A DNA stretch of 64,000 bases, from positions 1 to 64,000 of the IMG/VR virus record IMGVR_UViG_3300032235_001020, one strand, 5' to 3'. Source of the DNA: a virus. Below, one piece after another: positions 9,668 through 19,029 of the stretch (its first letter is position 1; each line of letters opens with the position of its first letter). The notes under the pieces are model-generated. The model did no database searches and was not told the DNA's origin. It saw only the letters and a list, made by a program, of their open reading frames with translations. The translations under genes and the position numbers were made by a program.

Positions 9668-11752
9668 ATGAGCCCCGCATACGATCCAAGCAAGCTGACT
9701 CTCTCGCAGGGCTTCGTTGAACTCGACCCTTACTATGACGACGTTTCACTTCTGGTCAATGCCGATGGACCCGATGGAACTAGTTTTGTTGATAGCAGTA
9801 ATAATAATCTGGCGATCACCCGAAACGGCGGGGTAGTCCAGGGATCGTATAGCCCCTTCTCGAAGAGTGCGCCCTATGTCGCCAGTCCGAGTGGAGGCAG
9901 CGGCTATTTTGACGGGGATGGAGACTACCTGACGCTCCCCGCGGGGCTGGCGACTGCCTTTGGGACCGGCGACTTTACCGTCGAGGCCTGGGTCAACTTT
10001 TCTAATGCGGGCAGCACCTCGGTTTACATATTCGATAACAGAAACTCTGGTCAGACCGGGAACTGGGCATTCTTTAGAAACGCATTCAATGGACTGGAGT
10101 GGTACACGGGCTCAGCCTCAATATCAGGCGGGGCATTGGTCGCAGGCCAATGGCGCCATGTTGCCTATAGCAGAAGCGGCACGACAGGCCGGCTCTTCAT
10201 CGATGGCACGCAGGTAGCTACCGCCGCGGATAGCACAAACTATACGGTCTCATCAACAATCTCTTATGTTGGATCCAGATACTCAATAGCGGAGTATATC
10301 AATGGTTACATCTCAGACTTCAGGGTCGTAAAAGGGACCGCCGTGTATACGGCCAATTTCACGCTACCCACAGCGCCACTAGCCGCAATCGCGAATACCA
10401 GCATACTTCTCAGCTTTACTAACGGTGGCATTGTCAACGCCAGTGGCAACACAAACCTTCAGGCAGTGGGCAATGTACAGGTCAGCACCGCGCAGAAGCG
10501 ATATGGCGCCGGGGCTTTGTATTTTGATGGGTCAGACGACTACCTGATGGTGCCAGAAGACTCGGTCCTTAACCTCATTGGTGACTTCACGATAGAGGCA
10601 TGGATCTATCCTCTGAGTACCGGACTCAATACTTTTGTTTCCCTTAGGGGCGGCAACGCTGGCGCAATCTCACTCCGAATCAGGTTGCAATCAGGCGGAG
10701 TCCAACTGGTCGCCAATGCAACTGGAGCCAGTATCGATTCCGGGACTGTATCCTCGGTTCCTGGATCTACGTGGACTCATTTTGCCTGCGTAAGGCGAGG
10801 CGGAACGTTTGAGCTGTATCTGAACGGGGTCTCCGTTTACGTAAGTACCGCCATAGGACCTACTGCGTCTCTCGCAGCGGCGGGCAGCTTTAATGTAATT
10901 GGCGCATGGAGGGACTTTAGTTTTATCCACCCTTTTTCTGGCTGGATCGACGACCTGCGGATCACTAAGAATATCGCTCGCTATGCGGGCCCGTTCACGC
11001 CACCTGTCCGCGCGCTACCGGATCGGCGCTATACAAGCGCTGATACCGACCAGGGCGCCGTCATACAAGGCCGGGTCCTCAGCCTCGATGCAAGTCAACG
11101 CGAATCATATCGAGGGGGCGGATCAACCTGGAATGACTTGAGCGGTAATAACCGTCACGCGACGCTTTTCGGTTCACCAACCTATCCCAGCGACAAGCGT
11201 AAGCATGTTAAGTTCCTAGATAGCAGTAATCAATATGGAACTGCCCCGTACATAGGTACTCTCAGGCAATGGACGCTGGAGGCCCTAGTACGCTTCACGA
11301 CTAACTACACGTCATCCGGGAAGATTGCGGCGATTATCACCCGAGAGGCCAATGGTGCTGGCGAAATCAACTTCTGCATGGGGCAACTCAAGGCACCCGG
11401 CAATCGCAACATTTGCATTGGATTCCTTGATTCCTGGGGTACCGGTGGCTGGAAGGGCACCGATGGCGTCGAATACGCACTGAATCAATGGGTTCACATT
11501 ACTGGGACCTACGATGGCACCACGGTGAAACAATTCACGAATGGGCGATTCACGAGCTCCTTTGCATTCACTGCGGTCTTTAACGATTTTGGCTCCCTGC
11601 CAATTCGTATCAATCGGCGATGGGACCAGTCCCTTGGCGCCGCTCAGCTCTTTGGCGCAGAGATCGCATTGGCGCGCGTTTACGACCGCGCCCTGACAAA
11701 TGCAGAGGTGCAGCAGAATTTCAGGCTTGTACAAGAGCGGTATGAACTCTAG
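9668..11752 (+). CDS. Triple LamG-like domain protein (putative receptor binding)
   Basis: Two FDG..DYL/DFT.EAW/D.R..K units plus a third LDAS...W.DLSGN...YDRALT.AEV.QNF unit. Confidence 0.9.
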   Translation: MSPAYDPSKLTLSQGFVELDPYYDDVSLLVNADGPDGTSFVDSSNNNLAITRNGGVVQGSYSPFSKSAPYVASPSGGSGYFDGDGDYLTLPAGLATAFGTGDFTVEAWVNFSNAGSTSVYIFDNRNSGQTGNWAFFRNAFNGLEWYTGSASISGGALVAGQWRHVAYSRSGTTGRLFIDGTQVATAADSTNYTVSSTISYVGSRYSIAEYINGYISDFRVVKGTAVYTANFTLPTAPLAAIANTSILLSFTNGGIVNASGNTNLQAVGNVQVSTAQKRYGAGALYFDGSDDYLMVPEDSVLNLIGDFTIEAWIYPLSTGLNTFVSLRGGNAGAISLRIRLQSGGVQLVANATGASIDSGTVSSVPGSTWTHFACVRRGGTFELYLNGVSVYVSTAIGPTASLAAAGSFNVIGAWRDFSFIHPFSGWIDDLRITKNIARYAGPFTPPVRALPDRRYTSADTDQGAVIQGRVLSLDASQRESYRGGGSTWNDLSGNNRHATLFGSPTYPSDKRKHVKFLDSSNQYGTAPYIGTLRQWTLEALVRFTTNYTSSGKIAAIITREANGAGEINFCMGQLKAPGNRNICIGFLDSWGTGGWKGTDGVEYALNQWVHITGTYDGTTVKQFTNGRFTSSFAFTAVFNDFGSLPIRINRRWDQSLGAAQLFGAEIALARVYDRALTNAEVQQNFRLVQERYEL

Positions 11753-11785
11753 GCACTCCGCTGCGTCCCGTTCTCCTCGCGTACC

Positions 11786-13168
11786 ATGAGCTGGCTTATC
11801 ACACCGCAAAACAAGGTCCCCGTGGACCCCTACATCGCCAACGTAAGCCTACTACTGCATGGCGATGGGGCGGAAGGCGCTCAGAACAACACGTTCCTAG
11901 ATAGCAGCACCAATAACTTTACGATCACGCGTGAAGGCAACCCTACGCAAGGATCGTTTAGTCCCTATGGGAAGGCTGGAGGTAGCAGCTACTTTGACGG
12001 CAGCAATACCGCATCACGCCTGAACATTGGCACTCCCATTGGTGCAACCGATAACTTTACGATTAGCTTTTGGTATTACCTTGACAGCTTTTCCACTGCA
12101 AGCGGCACTGTAACCGCAGCAGTGATACCACTTCTGAGTAATTTTGGCTGGTACAACAATTTTGATGTTGGCATTTCAATTCATATCGCCTCTTCGACAA
12201 CAATCTTTGCCGCTGTTGCAACTGGCGGTGGAACAACAAGTAGCCCTCCAAATACTCAACTAACAGCCACCATTGACCCTCTACAGAAGTGGAACCACAT
12301 CGCATTAGTCAGGGACGGAGCCACTATACGCTTCTTTGTCAATGGCGTAGGCATTAGCGGCACGCTGTCTAGCAACACTGGTTTAAATCACGCAGCGAGG
12401 AGCTTATACGTTGGTGGCTGGTTCTCTTTTGGAGGCGGCGCTCCAAGTAACAGTCGCTTCCCAAAGGGATACATCTCCGATTTGCGTATCGTAACGTCCG
12501 CCTTGTACAGCGGCAACTTCACGCCTCCAACGACGCCAAGCACTGCTATCACTGGAACTAGTCGTTTGCTGTCGTTTACGAACGCCGGCATCGTCGATAG
12601 CGCAGCTAAGAACAACCTAGAGACCGTCGGTAACGCTCAGATCAGCACCGCGCAGAGCAAGTTTGGTGGGGGCAGTATCGCGTTTGATGGGAATGGTGAT
12701 TATCTGACCATGCCCGGCTCAAGTTCGCTTGCATTAAGAAGCGGTAACTTTACAATTGAAGCGTGGGTCTATCCAACGGCACTCAGTGTTTCACAAACGA
12801 TTGTCGATTGTAGAACCTCGCCGTCTGACGCATCAGGATTTTTCTTTGGAGCGGCTAACAATACACAATTGCAAGTCTACGCACAAGGCGCCGCGAATAT
12901 CATCGGAGGAACTCTTGTTAATAACCAATGGCAACATGTCTGTGCGGTGAGAAACGGGACGACATTAACCCTGTATATCAATGGATCGTCCGTGGCATCA
13001 GCGACAAATAGCACAGACTGGACACGCGATACAGTCACAGTTGGCGCCGCTATCAATACTTTACGCGACCAGTGGAACGGCTACATCGACGACCTCCGCA
13101 TCACCAAAGGCATAGCCCGCTATACCGATAACTTCACGCCACCTACTGCACCGTTTGGCGACATCTGA
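11786..13168 (+). CDS. Double LamG-like domain protein
   Basis: VSLLLHGDG, WNHIALVR, GYISDLRI, FDGNGDYL, GYIDDLRITKGIARY. Confidence 0.9.
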   Translation: MSWLITPQNKVPVDPYIANVSLLLHGDGAEGAQNNTFLDSSTNNFTITREGNPTQGSFSPYGKAGGSSYFDGSNTASRLNIGTPIGATDNFTISFWYYLDSFSTASGTVTAAVIPLLSNFGWYNNFDVGISIHIASSTTIFAAVATGGGTTSSPPNTQLTATIDPLQKWNHIALVRDGATIRFFVNGVGISGTLSSNTGLNHAARSLYVGGWFSFGGGAPSNSRFPKGYISDLRIVTSALYSGNFTPPTTPSTAITGTSRLLSFTNAGIVDSAAKNNLETVGNAQISTAQSKFGGGSIAFDGNGDYLTMPGSSSLALRSGNFTIEAWVYPTALSVSQTIVDCRTSPSDASGFFFGAANNTQLQVYAQGAANIIGGTLVNNQWQHVCAVRNGTTLTLYINGSSVASATNSTDWTRDTVTVGAAINTLRDQWNGYIDDLRITKGIARYTDNFTPPTAPFGDI

Positions 13169-13274
13169 TCAAGATTCTTTGCGTCATCGGCCCTGAGCCC
13201 CTCTGGGATAACCCTCGGCTTGCGCAAGGGCCCCGAGAACGACGCCTGCCCGGCAGGTCTCTCGCTGTTAGGCG

Positions 13275-13607
13275 ATGACACAGGCGGGCGGTAGTCGCTA
13301 CCTTGGCGATGCCATGTCTTGCAGTCTGTTGACTGAAGCTTACGTAGCCCGAGAGGCTGCCCCCGCTGGCCATATCCGCCAGGACCAGAACCGAGCCGAC
13401 TTCCTCGAGTTCCTGTACTACGCCGACGAACGGGACAACCCCGAGCACCCTCTGGCGAACACCTACACCGGCCTCTTCCAGGACTACTGCTACCTGGTGG
13501 GTGAGACGGTGCTGGCCTCTCTGGTCGTCGGGTGGCATGAGACCGAGATCAGGGGCATCGCCGATGCGCTGGTCGGATCGGTGGCCGGAGTGGCTGCAGC
13601 CGCGTGA
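13275..13607 (+). CDS. Hypothetical cyanophage protein (start may be 13314)
   Basis: DQ.R.DFLE.LY..D.R..P.HP....YTGL motif recalled from cyanophage hypothetical proteins. Confidence 0.6.
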   Translation: MTQAGGSRYLGDAMSCSLLTEAYVAREAAPAGHIRQDQNRADFLEFLYYADERDNPEHPLANTYTGLFQDYCYLVGETVLASLVVGWHETEIRGIADALVGSVAGVAAAA

Positions 13608-13837
13608 GCGAACGCTACCGCTTGAACGTCCCGATCAGCAGCCCCCTGCAGCAAGTCGCTGCGGTGGTGGCGACGCGGGACTTTCTCTTGCGGCTGAGCG
13701 ACCCTCATGCGACCAAGCGGGTCCCTGGGGAGGTCAGGAAGGAGGCGCGGGCCCTACTGCGCCACTACCCTTTGCCGGAGCGACTGCGCCCTGTACTCGA
13801 GGCAGGCTTACAGGAGAGGCGACCAGATCCCCTGTAG
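13604..13837 (+). CDS. BPSL0761-like small protein
   Basis: TRDFLLRL...T.RVP.EVR.EAR.LLRHYP. Confidence 0.6.
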   Translation: MSERYRLNVPISSPLQQVAAVVATRDFLLRLSDPHATKRVPGEVRKEARALLRHYPLPERLRPVLEAGLQERRPDPL

Positions 13838-13882
13838 TCAATAGAGCAACTACCCTTCGAAGAAGTTACTCTATTGACTACA
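13833..13882. mobile_element. Putative attP site of the serine integrase
   Basis: 50-bp palindrome TGTAGTCAATAGAGCAACT-acccttcgaaga-AGTTACTCTATTGACTACA; 19-bp arms with 1 mismatch, central dinucleotide TC at 13857-13858; ends 14 bp before the integrase start. Confidence 0.8.
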
Positions 13883-13896
13883 TCAGGGTCAGGGCT

Positions 13897-15144
13897 GTGA
13901 TCGTCGGCTACGCCAGGGTTTCGACCGTCTCCGATGAGCAAAAGGTGTCGGTCGAGGCTCAAGTGCAGCAGCTTCTGGATGCGGGCTGCCAGCGGGTGAT
14001 CCGGGAGCAGGGCTCAGCCTTCAAGGAGAGCAGCCGCCGCCCGGGCTGGGAAGAGCTGCAGGGACTTGTGGCCCAGGGCGCTGTCACGAAGGTCGTCGCC
14101 ATCAGCCAGTCGCGGCTGTCGCGGCGGGAGGACGTGCTGACCTTTCTGCGGATCTGTGCTCGCAAGGGGGTGGAGGTCCAGTTCCTCGATGGCAGTGCCG
14201 GCGACGTAGCGGATCCGGCGGGGCTGTTGATGTCAAGTGTCATGGCCGCCGTCAACGAAGTCGACAGCCTGATCAAGAGCATCAACATCAAGAACGGCAT
14301 CCAGCGCCGCCGCGCCGCCGGGCACTACGCCTCCGGGCGGGTTCCGTTTGGCTACCGCTACGACGGCCGGTACGTGGTGTGCGATCCGGTGGACTTTCCG
14401 CAGGCGCAGCTGTTGTGGACGCGGCTAGAGGAGTCCGAGTTCAACTTCGGCCGCACCATTCGGCAGTTCGGCTACGACTGGAGCATCCAAGGCCTGCGCC
14501 GCTGGGCCATCAATCCCATCCTGCGCGGCCAGGTGCCAGGGCAGTTGGAGCCGCCAGAGGCCTTGATCACGACGACGCAGTACAGCCGCGTGGCCGCACT
14601 GCTGGAAGGGCGCCGTCTCAAGGGATGCCGGGCCCCTCGGCAGCCAAGGCTGTTGTCCGGGGTCGTGCGTTGCCAGTCTTGCCAGCGCTCTCTCTATTAC
14701 GTGATGGCACACGGGAAGCCGCGGCTGAAGTGCTGCACGATGCAATGCGACTGGTGGGGCCGCGGCATCGCGGAAGCCAAGTTGCGCAAGCAGATACTTG
14801 ACGCCCTGCGCCAGCAGGTGGAACCGATGGCACGGCTAGCAGCTACCCCGGAGCCGGGGGTCACACCGCAGGAGCTAGAGCGGCAGGAGCGCCTGGCACA
14901 GTTACTCGCCCTGCGCGAGCAGGGGGTGCCAAACCTGGAGGCGGCCATTGAGGCCCTGGAGCGCCAGGCACCGATGGTTACGGCGGCCTTAGCGCCCCGC
15001 TGGGACAGCCTCGCGGCGATCCTGGCGCGCCCCGGCGTGCTGGAGGCCAGCACGGATGAAGAACTCCGGGCGCTCGTGCTGGAGTTCGTTGACGAGGTCG
15101 TCTACCTCGGGAACTCCGCCACGGTCGAAGTCCGGCTGCGCTAA
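13897..15144 (+). CDS. Large serine recombinase/integrase (resolvase + recombinase + zinc ribbon + coiled coil)
   Basis: GTG start gives MIVGYARVST (catalytic Ser); SRLSR, GRVPFGY, NPILRG, LLSGVVRCQSC...KCCTMQC. Confidence 0.92.
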   Translation: MIVGYARVSTVSDEQKVSVEAQVQQLLDAGCQRVIREQGSAFKESSRRPGWEELQGLVAQGAVTKVVAISQSRLSRREDVLTFLRICARKGVEVQFLDGSAGDVADPAGLLMSSVMAAVNEVDSLIKSINIKNGIQRRRAAGHYASGRVPFGYRYDGRYVVCDPVDFPQAQLLWTRLEESEFNFGRTIRQFGYDWSIQGLRRWAINPILRGQVPGQLEPPEALITTTQYSRVAALLEGRRLKGCRAPRQPRLLSGVVRCQSCQRSLYYVMAHGKPRLKCCTMQCDWWGRGIAEAKLRKQILDALRQQVEPMARLAATPEPGVTPQELERQERLAQLLALREQGVPNLEAAIEALERQAPMVTAALAPRWDSLAAILARPGVLEASTDEELRALVLEFVDEVVYLGNSATVEVRLR

Positions 15145-15320
15145 GGCGCGAGCAGCAATACGCCGCAGGGCTTCGCGTGCAGTCATGGCCCCTGGGCAAC
15201 GTGCCGCCACTGTACGCCGAGGCGGGCGGTTTGCAAGCCGCCATCCTAGAAAGGTTCGAGGCGGCACTCATTTTGCGCACTGTGGGTGCTGCCTAGGGTT
15301 GCCTCAACCGAAGACGGCGG

Positions 15321-15914
15321 ATGACGCCAGAACACTGGGATGACTATGTGTTCAGCCTCATCGATCTATCGCCCAGTGGGGCAAGGCGGCGCTTCCGCCA
15401 GGCCATCAAGGACGAATGGGGCGGCTGTGCCTACTGCGGGCATAGCTGCGGCCAGGACGGCCGGCCGCTGACGATGACCCTGGATCACGTCAAGCCCAGG
15501 GCCTTCGGTGGGAGCAGCTTGCGTTCCAACTTGGTCGCCGCCTGCCGGGGTTGTAACGCGGCCAAAGGTAGTGCCAGGGACTGGCGCGCCTGGTACGTTC
15601 AACAAGATTTCTATTGTGAGCGCCGAGCCGCGAAAATAGAGGCATGGCTGCAGCCCTCATTCGCCGCTTCCGCAGCTGAAACCTGGTTCCGTCACGGAGA
15701 AGGCCATGGAGGACATGGAGCTGACCTCGGAGCAGAAGTATCTGCTGCGCCGGGTCGAGATCGAGGCCAAGGCCATGAGCAAGGACGAACTCGTCGAAGC
15801 TTTGTGCACTTCCTGGGAGGCGCGATTCAAGCTCAAGCAGACCTTCATTGCGAACAGCCGGGAAGCTGGGTTCATGTTCTTCCTAGAGGAGAGACATCCA
15901 TGGCAGCAGCCTGA
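15321..15914 (+). CDS. HNH endonuclease (McrA/HNHc-like)
   Basis: CAYCG, TLDHVKPR..GG, NLVAAC..CN..KG; its C-terminal tail overlaps the next gene. Confidence 0.85.
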   Translation: MTPEHWDDYVFSLIDLSPSGARRRFRQAIKDEWGGCAYCGHSCGQDGRPLTMTLDHVKPRAFGGSSLRSNLVAACRGCNAAKGSARDWRAWYVQQDFYCERRAAKIEAWLQPSFAASAAETWFRHGEGHGGHGADLGAEVSAAPGRDRGQGHEQGRTRRSFVHFLGGAIQAQADLHCEQPGSWVHVLPRGETSMAAA

Positions 15915-16062
15915 GACGCGCGAAGAGTTTGAAGAACTGATGGGCTACGCGCCCACGGAAGAGGAAGCGAATGATTATCTACGTGAGATGTGGGAAACTG
16001 CCACAATGGAGTTGGACATGGACGAAATCGTCCTGACTCCTGACGATGATTCGGATCTGTAA
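15706..16062 (+). CDS. nblA: NblA-like phycobilisome degradation protein with acidic C-terminal extension
   Basis: ELTSEQKYLLRRVEIEAKAMSKDELVEAL matches the NblA pattern L[ST]xEQxFxL....MS.E...L. Confidence 0.65.
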   Translation: MEDMELTSEQKYLLRRVEIEAKAMSKDELVEALCTSWEARFKLKQTFIANSREAGFMFFLEERHPWQQPETREEFEELMGYAPTEEEANDYLREMWETATMELDMDEIVLTPDDDSDL

Positions 16063-17264
16063 TGGTACTGGCAAGGGGAGATGCTACGGCGATTGCATCG
16101 CTTGCCCAGCGACTTGGTGTAGACCCTAGAGGACTGGGTGCCCTGTTTGAGCTGGAGTCTGGGACCGATCCCAATATCTGGGGTGGTGCAGGCGGTCAAT
16201 ATCTAGGCTTGATTCAGTTTGGTCCTGGAGCCCGCAAGGAGGTGGGGCTGCCCCAGGGGCCGATGACGATTGCCGGCCAGTTGCCGTACGTCGAGAAATA
16301 CTTCAAGCAGCGAGGCTTCCAGCGCGGCAAGCATGGGCTGACCGAGCTTTACAGGACGGTCCTGGTCGGCAATCCAGGGCAGTCCGGTACCGATAGTTTC
16401 GGGACCAATTCGGACACCGCCGCCAAGCGCATGCTGCCCGGTGGTGATCTCTACAAGCAGTTCTCCAAGAAGTTTGATCCGGTGTTTGGCGGCAGCCCTG
16501 AGCCCTCGCCAGCGCCCGCCTTGTTGACACAAGAATCCGACTCGCTGGGCTTGAGCCCGAGTGGCAGCGCAGGCCCAAGGGAGCGCCGCTCCGGCGACCC
16601 CCTGGCAGCCGTGGCCGCCGCCCTCGTGCAAGGCAGTCTGGAGGCGGCACAAGCGCAGCCCCGTGAACCCGGGCGGATGGCAGCCCTTGGTGCTTCGCCT
16701 GGCCTGGAGGCTCAGGTTGCTGCCGTGACCGCCTTGCTGCCTGGGGCTGCACCGGTCGCCAGGGCTGTAGACACCGCTAGCCCCCAGCCTGTGCCACCCG
16801 CTGCCGACAGTGCGGGCGTGCAGAGTCCCGTCGCCCTTGACGGCCGGAATATCAGCTCGATCGTCAAAGAGACGGCAGGAGGTCAACCAGGCTTCGACCT
16901 CTTCTTTGAAGACAAGCGGTTCCCGGCTCTCCTGCCTGGAAGAGTAAAGGAGATCGGCCGAGAGAACGGCTACGGCAACTATGTAGTTGTCGAATCAAGG
17001 GACCCGAAAACTGGAGACCCGCTTGATGTGCTGTACGGGCATCTGGCCGACGGGAGTATTGAAGTAGGGAACGGACAATACGTGCGCCCGGGGCAGCAAT
17101 TGGCGACACAGGGCGGCACTGGCAATGTTCGTTCAGCCGACGGAACAATTGCCTCGGTGGACTTCCTAGCCCCTGCCCCCCGCGGCTCTGGCTCGATGGC
17201 GCCATACAAGCGATGGAGCGCGCTGGTCGATGAGATCACGAGCAGCATACGGGGCCGCGGCTAG
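16062..17264 (+). CDS. Cell-wall hydrolase: N-terminal lysozyme-like domain plus C-terminal M23-like domain
   Basis: LESG, GLIQF, QL.YVEKYF; GYGNYVVV, YGHL, GQ.V..GQ.L..QG.TG. Confidence 0.75.
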   Translation: MVLARGDATAIASLAQRLGVDPRGLGALFELESGTDPNIWGGAGGQYLGLIQFGPGARKEVGLPQGPMTIAGQLPYVEKYFKQRGFQRGKHGLTELYRTVLVGNPGQSGTDSFGTNSDTAAKRMLPGGDLYKQFSKKFDPVFGGSPEPSPAPALLTQESDSLGLSPSGSAGPRERRSGDPLAAVAAALVQGSLEAAQAQPREPGRMAALGASPGLEAQVAAVTALLPGAAPVARAVDTASPQPVPPAADSAGVQSPVALDGRNISSIVKETAGGQPGFDLFFEDKRFPALLPGRVKEIGRENGYGNYVVVESRDPKTGDPLDVLYGHLADGSIEVGNGQYVRPGQQLATQGGTGNVRSADGTIASVDFLAPAPRGSGSMAPYKRWSALVDEITSSIRGRG

Positions 17265-17305
17265 CCACACCGGATACATTACCGGTGTCGTGCATGATGT
17301 GTGCC

Positions 17306-17761
17306 ATGGCTAGCTTCTTAGCCATCGCAGAGCCAGCGTTGATCGGGGCGGGCGTGATTGCCCTGCCGATTGGCGTCAATGCCCTGCTGACTTACCTCAA
17401 GCTGCGTCGGTTCTTACCGGTGATCCGCAGGGCCTTCGCGGTGATCGATCCCCTGCTGAACGAGCACATGAAGGGCTACAGCAGCGGCGAGGTTCGCTTC
17501 GCCATGGAGCTTGTTACGGGCGTCCTGGCTGACGGGTCCTTGAGCCGGAAGGAAGTCACGCAAGCCGTCCGCGAACTGGAGCGCCGGTATCAACCCAGTT
17601 CCGCTGCTGGTAAGACCAGTGAGGGGCTCAAGATGCGCCTTGGCCCCAGCTCCACCGAGGCCCAGTTACTGGATGCCGTCGTTGGTGTCGTGCAGAAACG
17701 CGAGCTCCTGCCAGCCAGCCTGCTGGATGCCGCTAAAACCATTCGCCTGAGGATCTCGTGA
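17306..17761 (+). CDS. Membrane-anchored hypothetical protein
   Basis: N-terminal hydrophobic helix followed by basic residues. Confidence 0.6.
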   Translation: MASFLAIAEPALIGAGVIALPIGVNALLTYLKLRRFLPVIRRAFAVIDPLLNEHMKGYSSGEVRFAMELVTGVLADGSLSRKEVTQAVRELERRYQPSSAAGKTSEGLKMRLGPSSTEAQLLDAVVGVVQKRELLPASLLDAAKTIRLRIS

Positions 17762-18150
17762 TCAGCTACGTCATTACCGGTGCAGCCGCCATGTTGATTG
17801 GCATGGCCTCCGGGCAAGCCATTGTCCTGAGTGCGGGTCGGCGCCGGCTCTCGTACCAGGTCAAGGCCGTCGGCGGGCAGATCAGCGAGCTGGTCAGCCA
17901 GGTCAACGAGCTCAAGGAACAGGTGCCGACGATGATCTCGAGGGCTGAGGTGGAGCGGGCCTTTGCGCAGGTCGCTCAGATCGAGGCGCAGCGCCAGGCG
18001 GCCACGGTGCAGCAGGCTCGTGCGCAGGCCGTCTTTGGTGGCAGCAGGGGCGCGGGTGCCACCGCCGAGCTGAATACCGCGATCAACGCCCAGCTGAACT
18101 CCCTGACGGATCGGATCAACCGCATCAACCAGGAGTTCGGCGTCGGCTAG
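17758..18150 (+). CDS. TM-anchored coiled-coil protein
   Basis: GTGA overlap, hydrophobic N-terminus, heptad pattern. Confidence 0.6.
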   Translation: MISYVITGAAAMLIGMASGQAIVLSAGRRRLSYQVKAVGGQISELVSQVNELKEQVPTMISRAEVERAFAQVAQIEAQRQAATVQQARAQAVFGGSRGAGATAELNTAINAQLNSLTDRINRINQEFGVG

Positions 18151-18614
18151 TCCAGGCCGTCATCGTCGTCGTAAATCGATGGGCCTGTAGTTGCACATTG
18201 CTGCAGGCCATCGCTGCCCACCCAGCAGGCGCTCTGCCCTGGAGCATTGCCTTGCTGGGCGGGATGCTGCAGGCGGATTGGCGTCGAGCTGCCCCGGCCG
18301 TCGTACTTCGTGAAGGACTGACCATCGGGGCCGGAGAAGCGGTCGTCGGTGCCCCAGGCGTTGCGCTGGTATTCCATCAGGAACAGCAGGCAGCAACCCG
18401 CGTGGGCCAGGTGTGAGAACCCTGTCTCCGGGTCTCGGTCCTCGCCGCGCCACCAGGCGAAGATGTGGCGGCATAGGGCTGAGAAGTAGCGCCCCCACTC
18501 GGTGCCGCGACACCAGTTATTGGCGCTGTACTTCTCGGCGCCATAGGCCAAGACGTCCGCAATCTCGCCCACGGCGGCAAAGGGGATCAAGTCAAAGCGC
18601 GTCTTCGCTGACAT
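18147..18614 (-). CDS. dATP/dGTP diphosphohydrolase domain protein (DUF5664)
   Basis: K.RFDLIP, VL.YGA.KY...NW..G, RH..AW..GED.DPETG.SHLAHA. Confidence 0.88.
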   Translation of the reverse strand: MSAKTRFDLIPFAAVGEIADVLAYGAEKYSANNWCRGTEWGRYFSALCRHIFAWWRGEDRDPETGFSHLAHAGCCLLFLMEYQRNAWGTDDRFSGPDGQSFTKYDGRGSSTPIRLQHPAQQGNAPGQSACWVGSDGLQQCATTGPSIYDDDDGLD

Positions 18615-18690
18615 GGACCCCTTGTAATTTCGCCTAGGGTAAACAGAGGCGTGCGCTGTGGCAAGCGTTTCGCACGTCTGCTCATGCGCC

Positions 18691-19029
18691 ATGGATCGTC
18701 GCTACAAAGAAGCCCGCTTCTATAACGGCCTCCGTGCCAAGAGTGGTAGCCAGGAGCAGAGCGATCGGCTGGTGCGCTCCTATCTATCGCGGGCGCGGCA
18801 GGAGAACCGGGCCAGTCAGGACTACGGCGGCAGTACTGGTGGGGTGAGTAGCGCTGGCGGCGGGCTTGCTGTGGTGGCAGGACGCAACTTCGATACCAAG
18901 GAAGCCCGGGAGATCTTCCGCACGGAAGGCTCCGGCGACCTGGGCGGACGCGCCAACCTGGCTGAACTCAAAGGTTTTCGTCAGAGCAGGGCGTCAGCGG
19001 CGACGAGTGCGGCCCCTCCGGCAGGCTGA
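18691..19029 (+). CDS. Basic hypothetical protein
   Basis: ORF with upstream TAGGGT at 18635. Confidence 0.5.
   Translation: MDRRYKEARFYNGLRAKSGSQEQSDRLVRSYLSRARQENRASQDYGGSTGGVSSAGGGLAVVAGRNFDTKEAREIFRTEGSGDLGGRANLAELKGFRQSRASAATSAAPPAG

Noticed and set aside
1803-13168. Diversity-generating retroelement acting on the fibres
   Set aside because: No reverse transcriptase in the window; the repeats I compared differ mainly at synonymous positions and are not adenine-specific
13501-13896. N-terminal extension of the integrase in the ORF track (547 aa)
   Set aside because: It overlaps two better ORFs and the attP; the catalytic domain begins at GTG 13897
8911-15144. Gin/Cin-like tail fibre invertase or shufflon
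   Set aside because: The recombinase is a large serine integrase type, all fibre genes are co-oriented, and I found only one palindromic site
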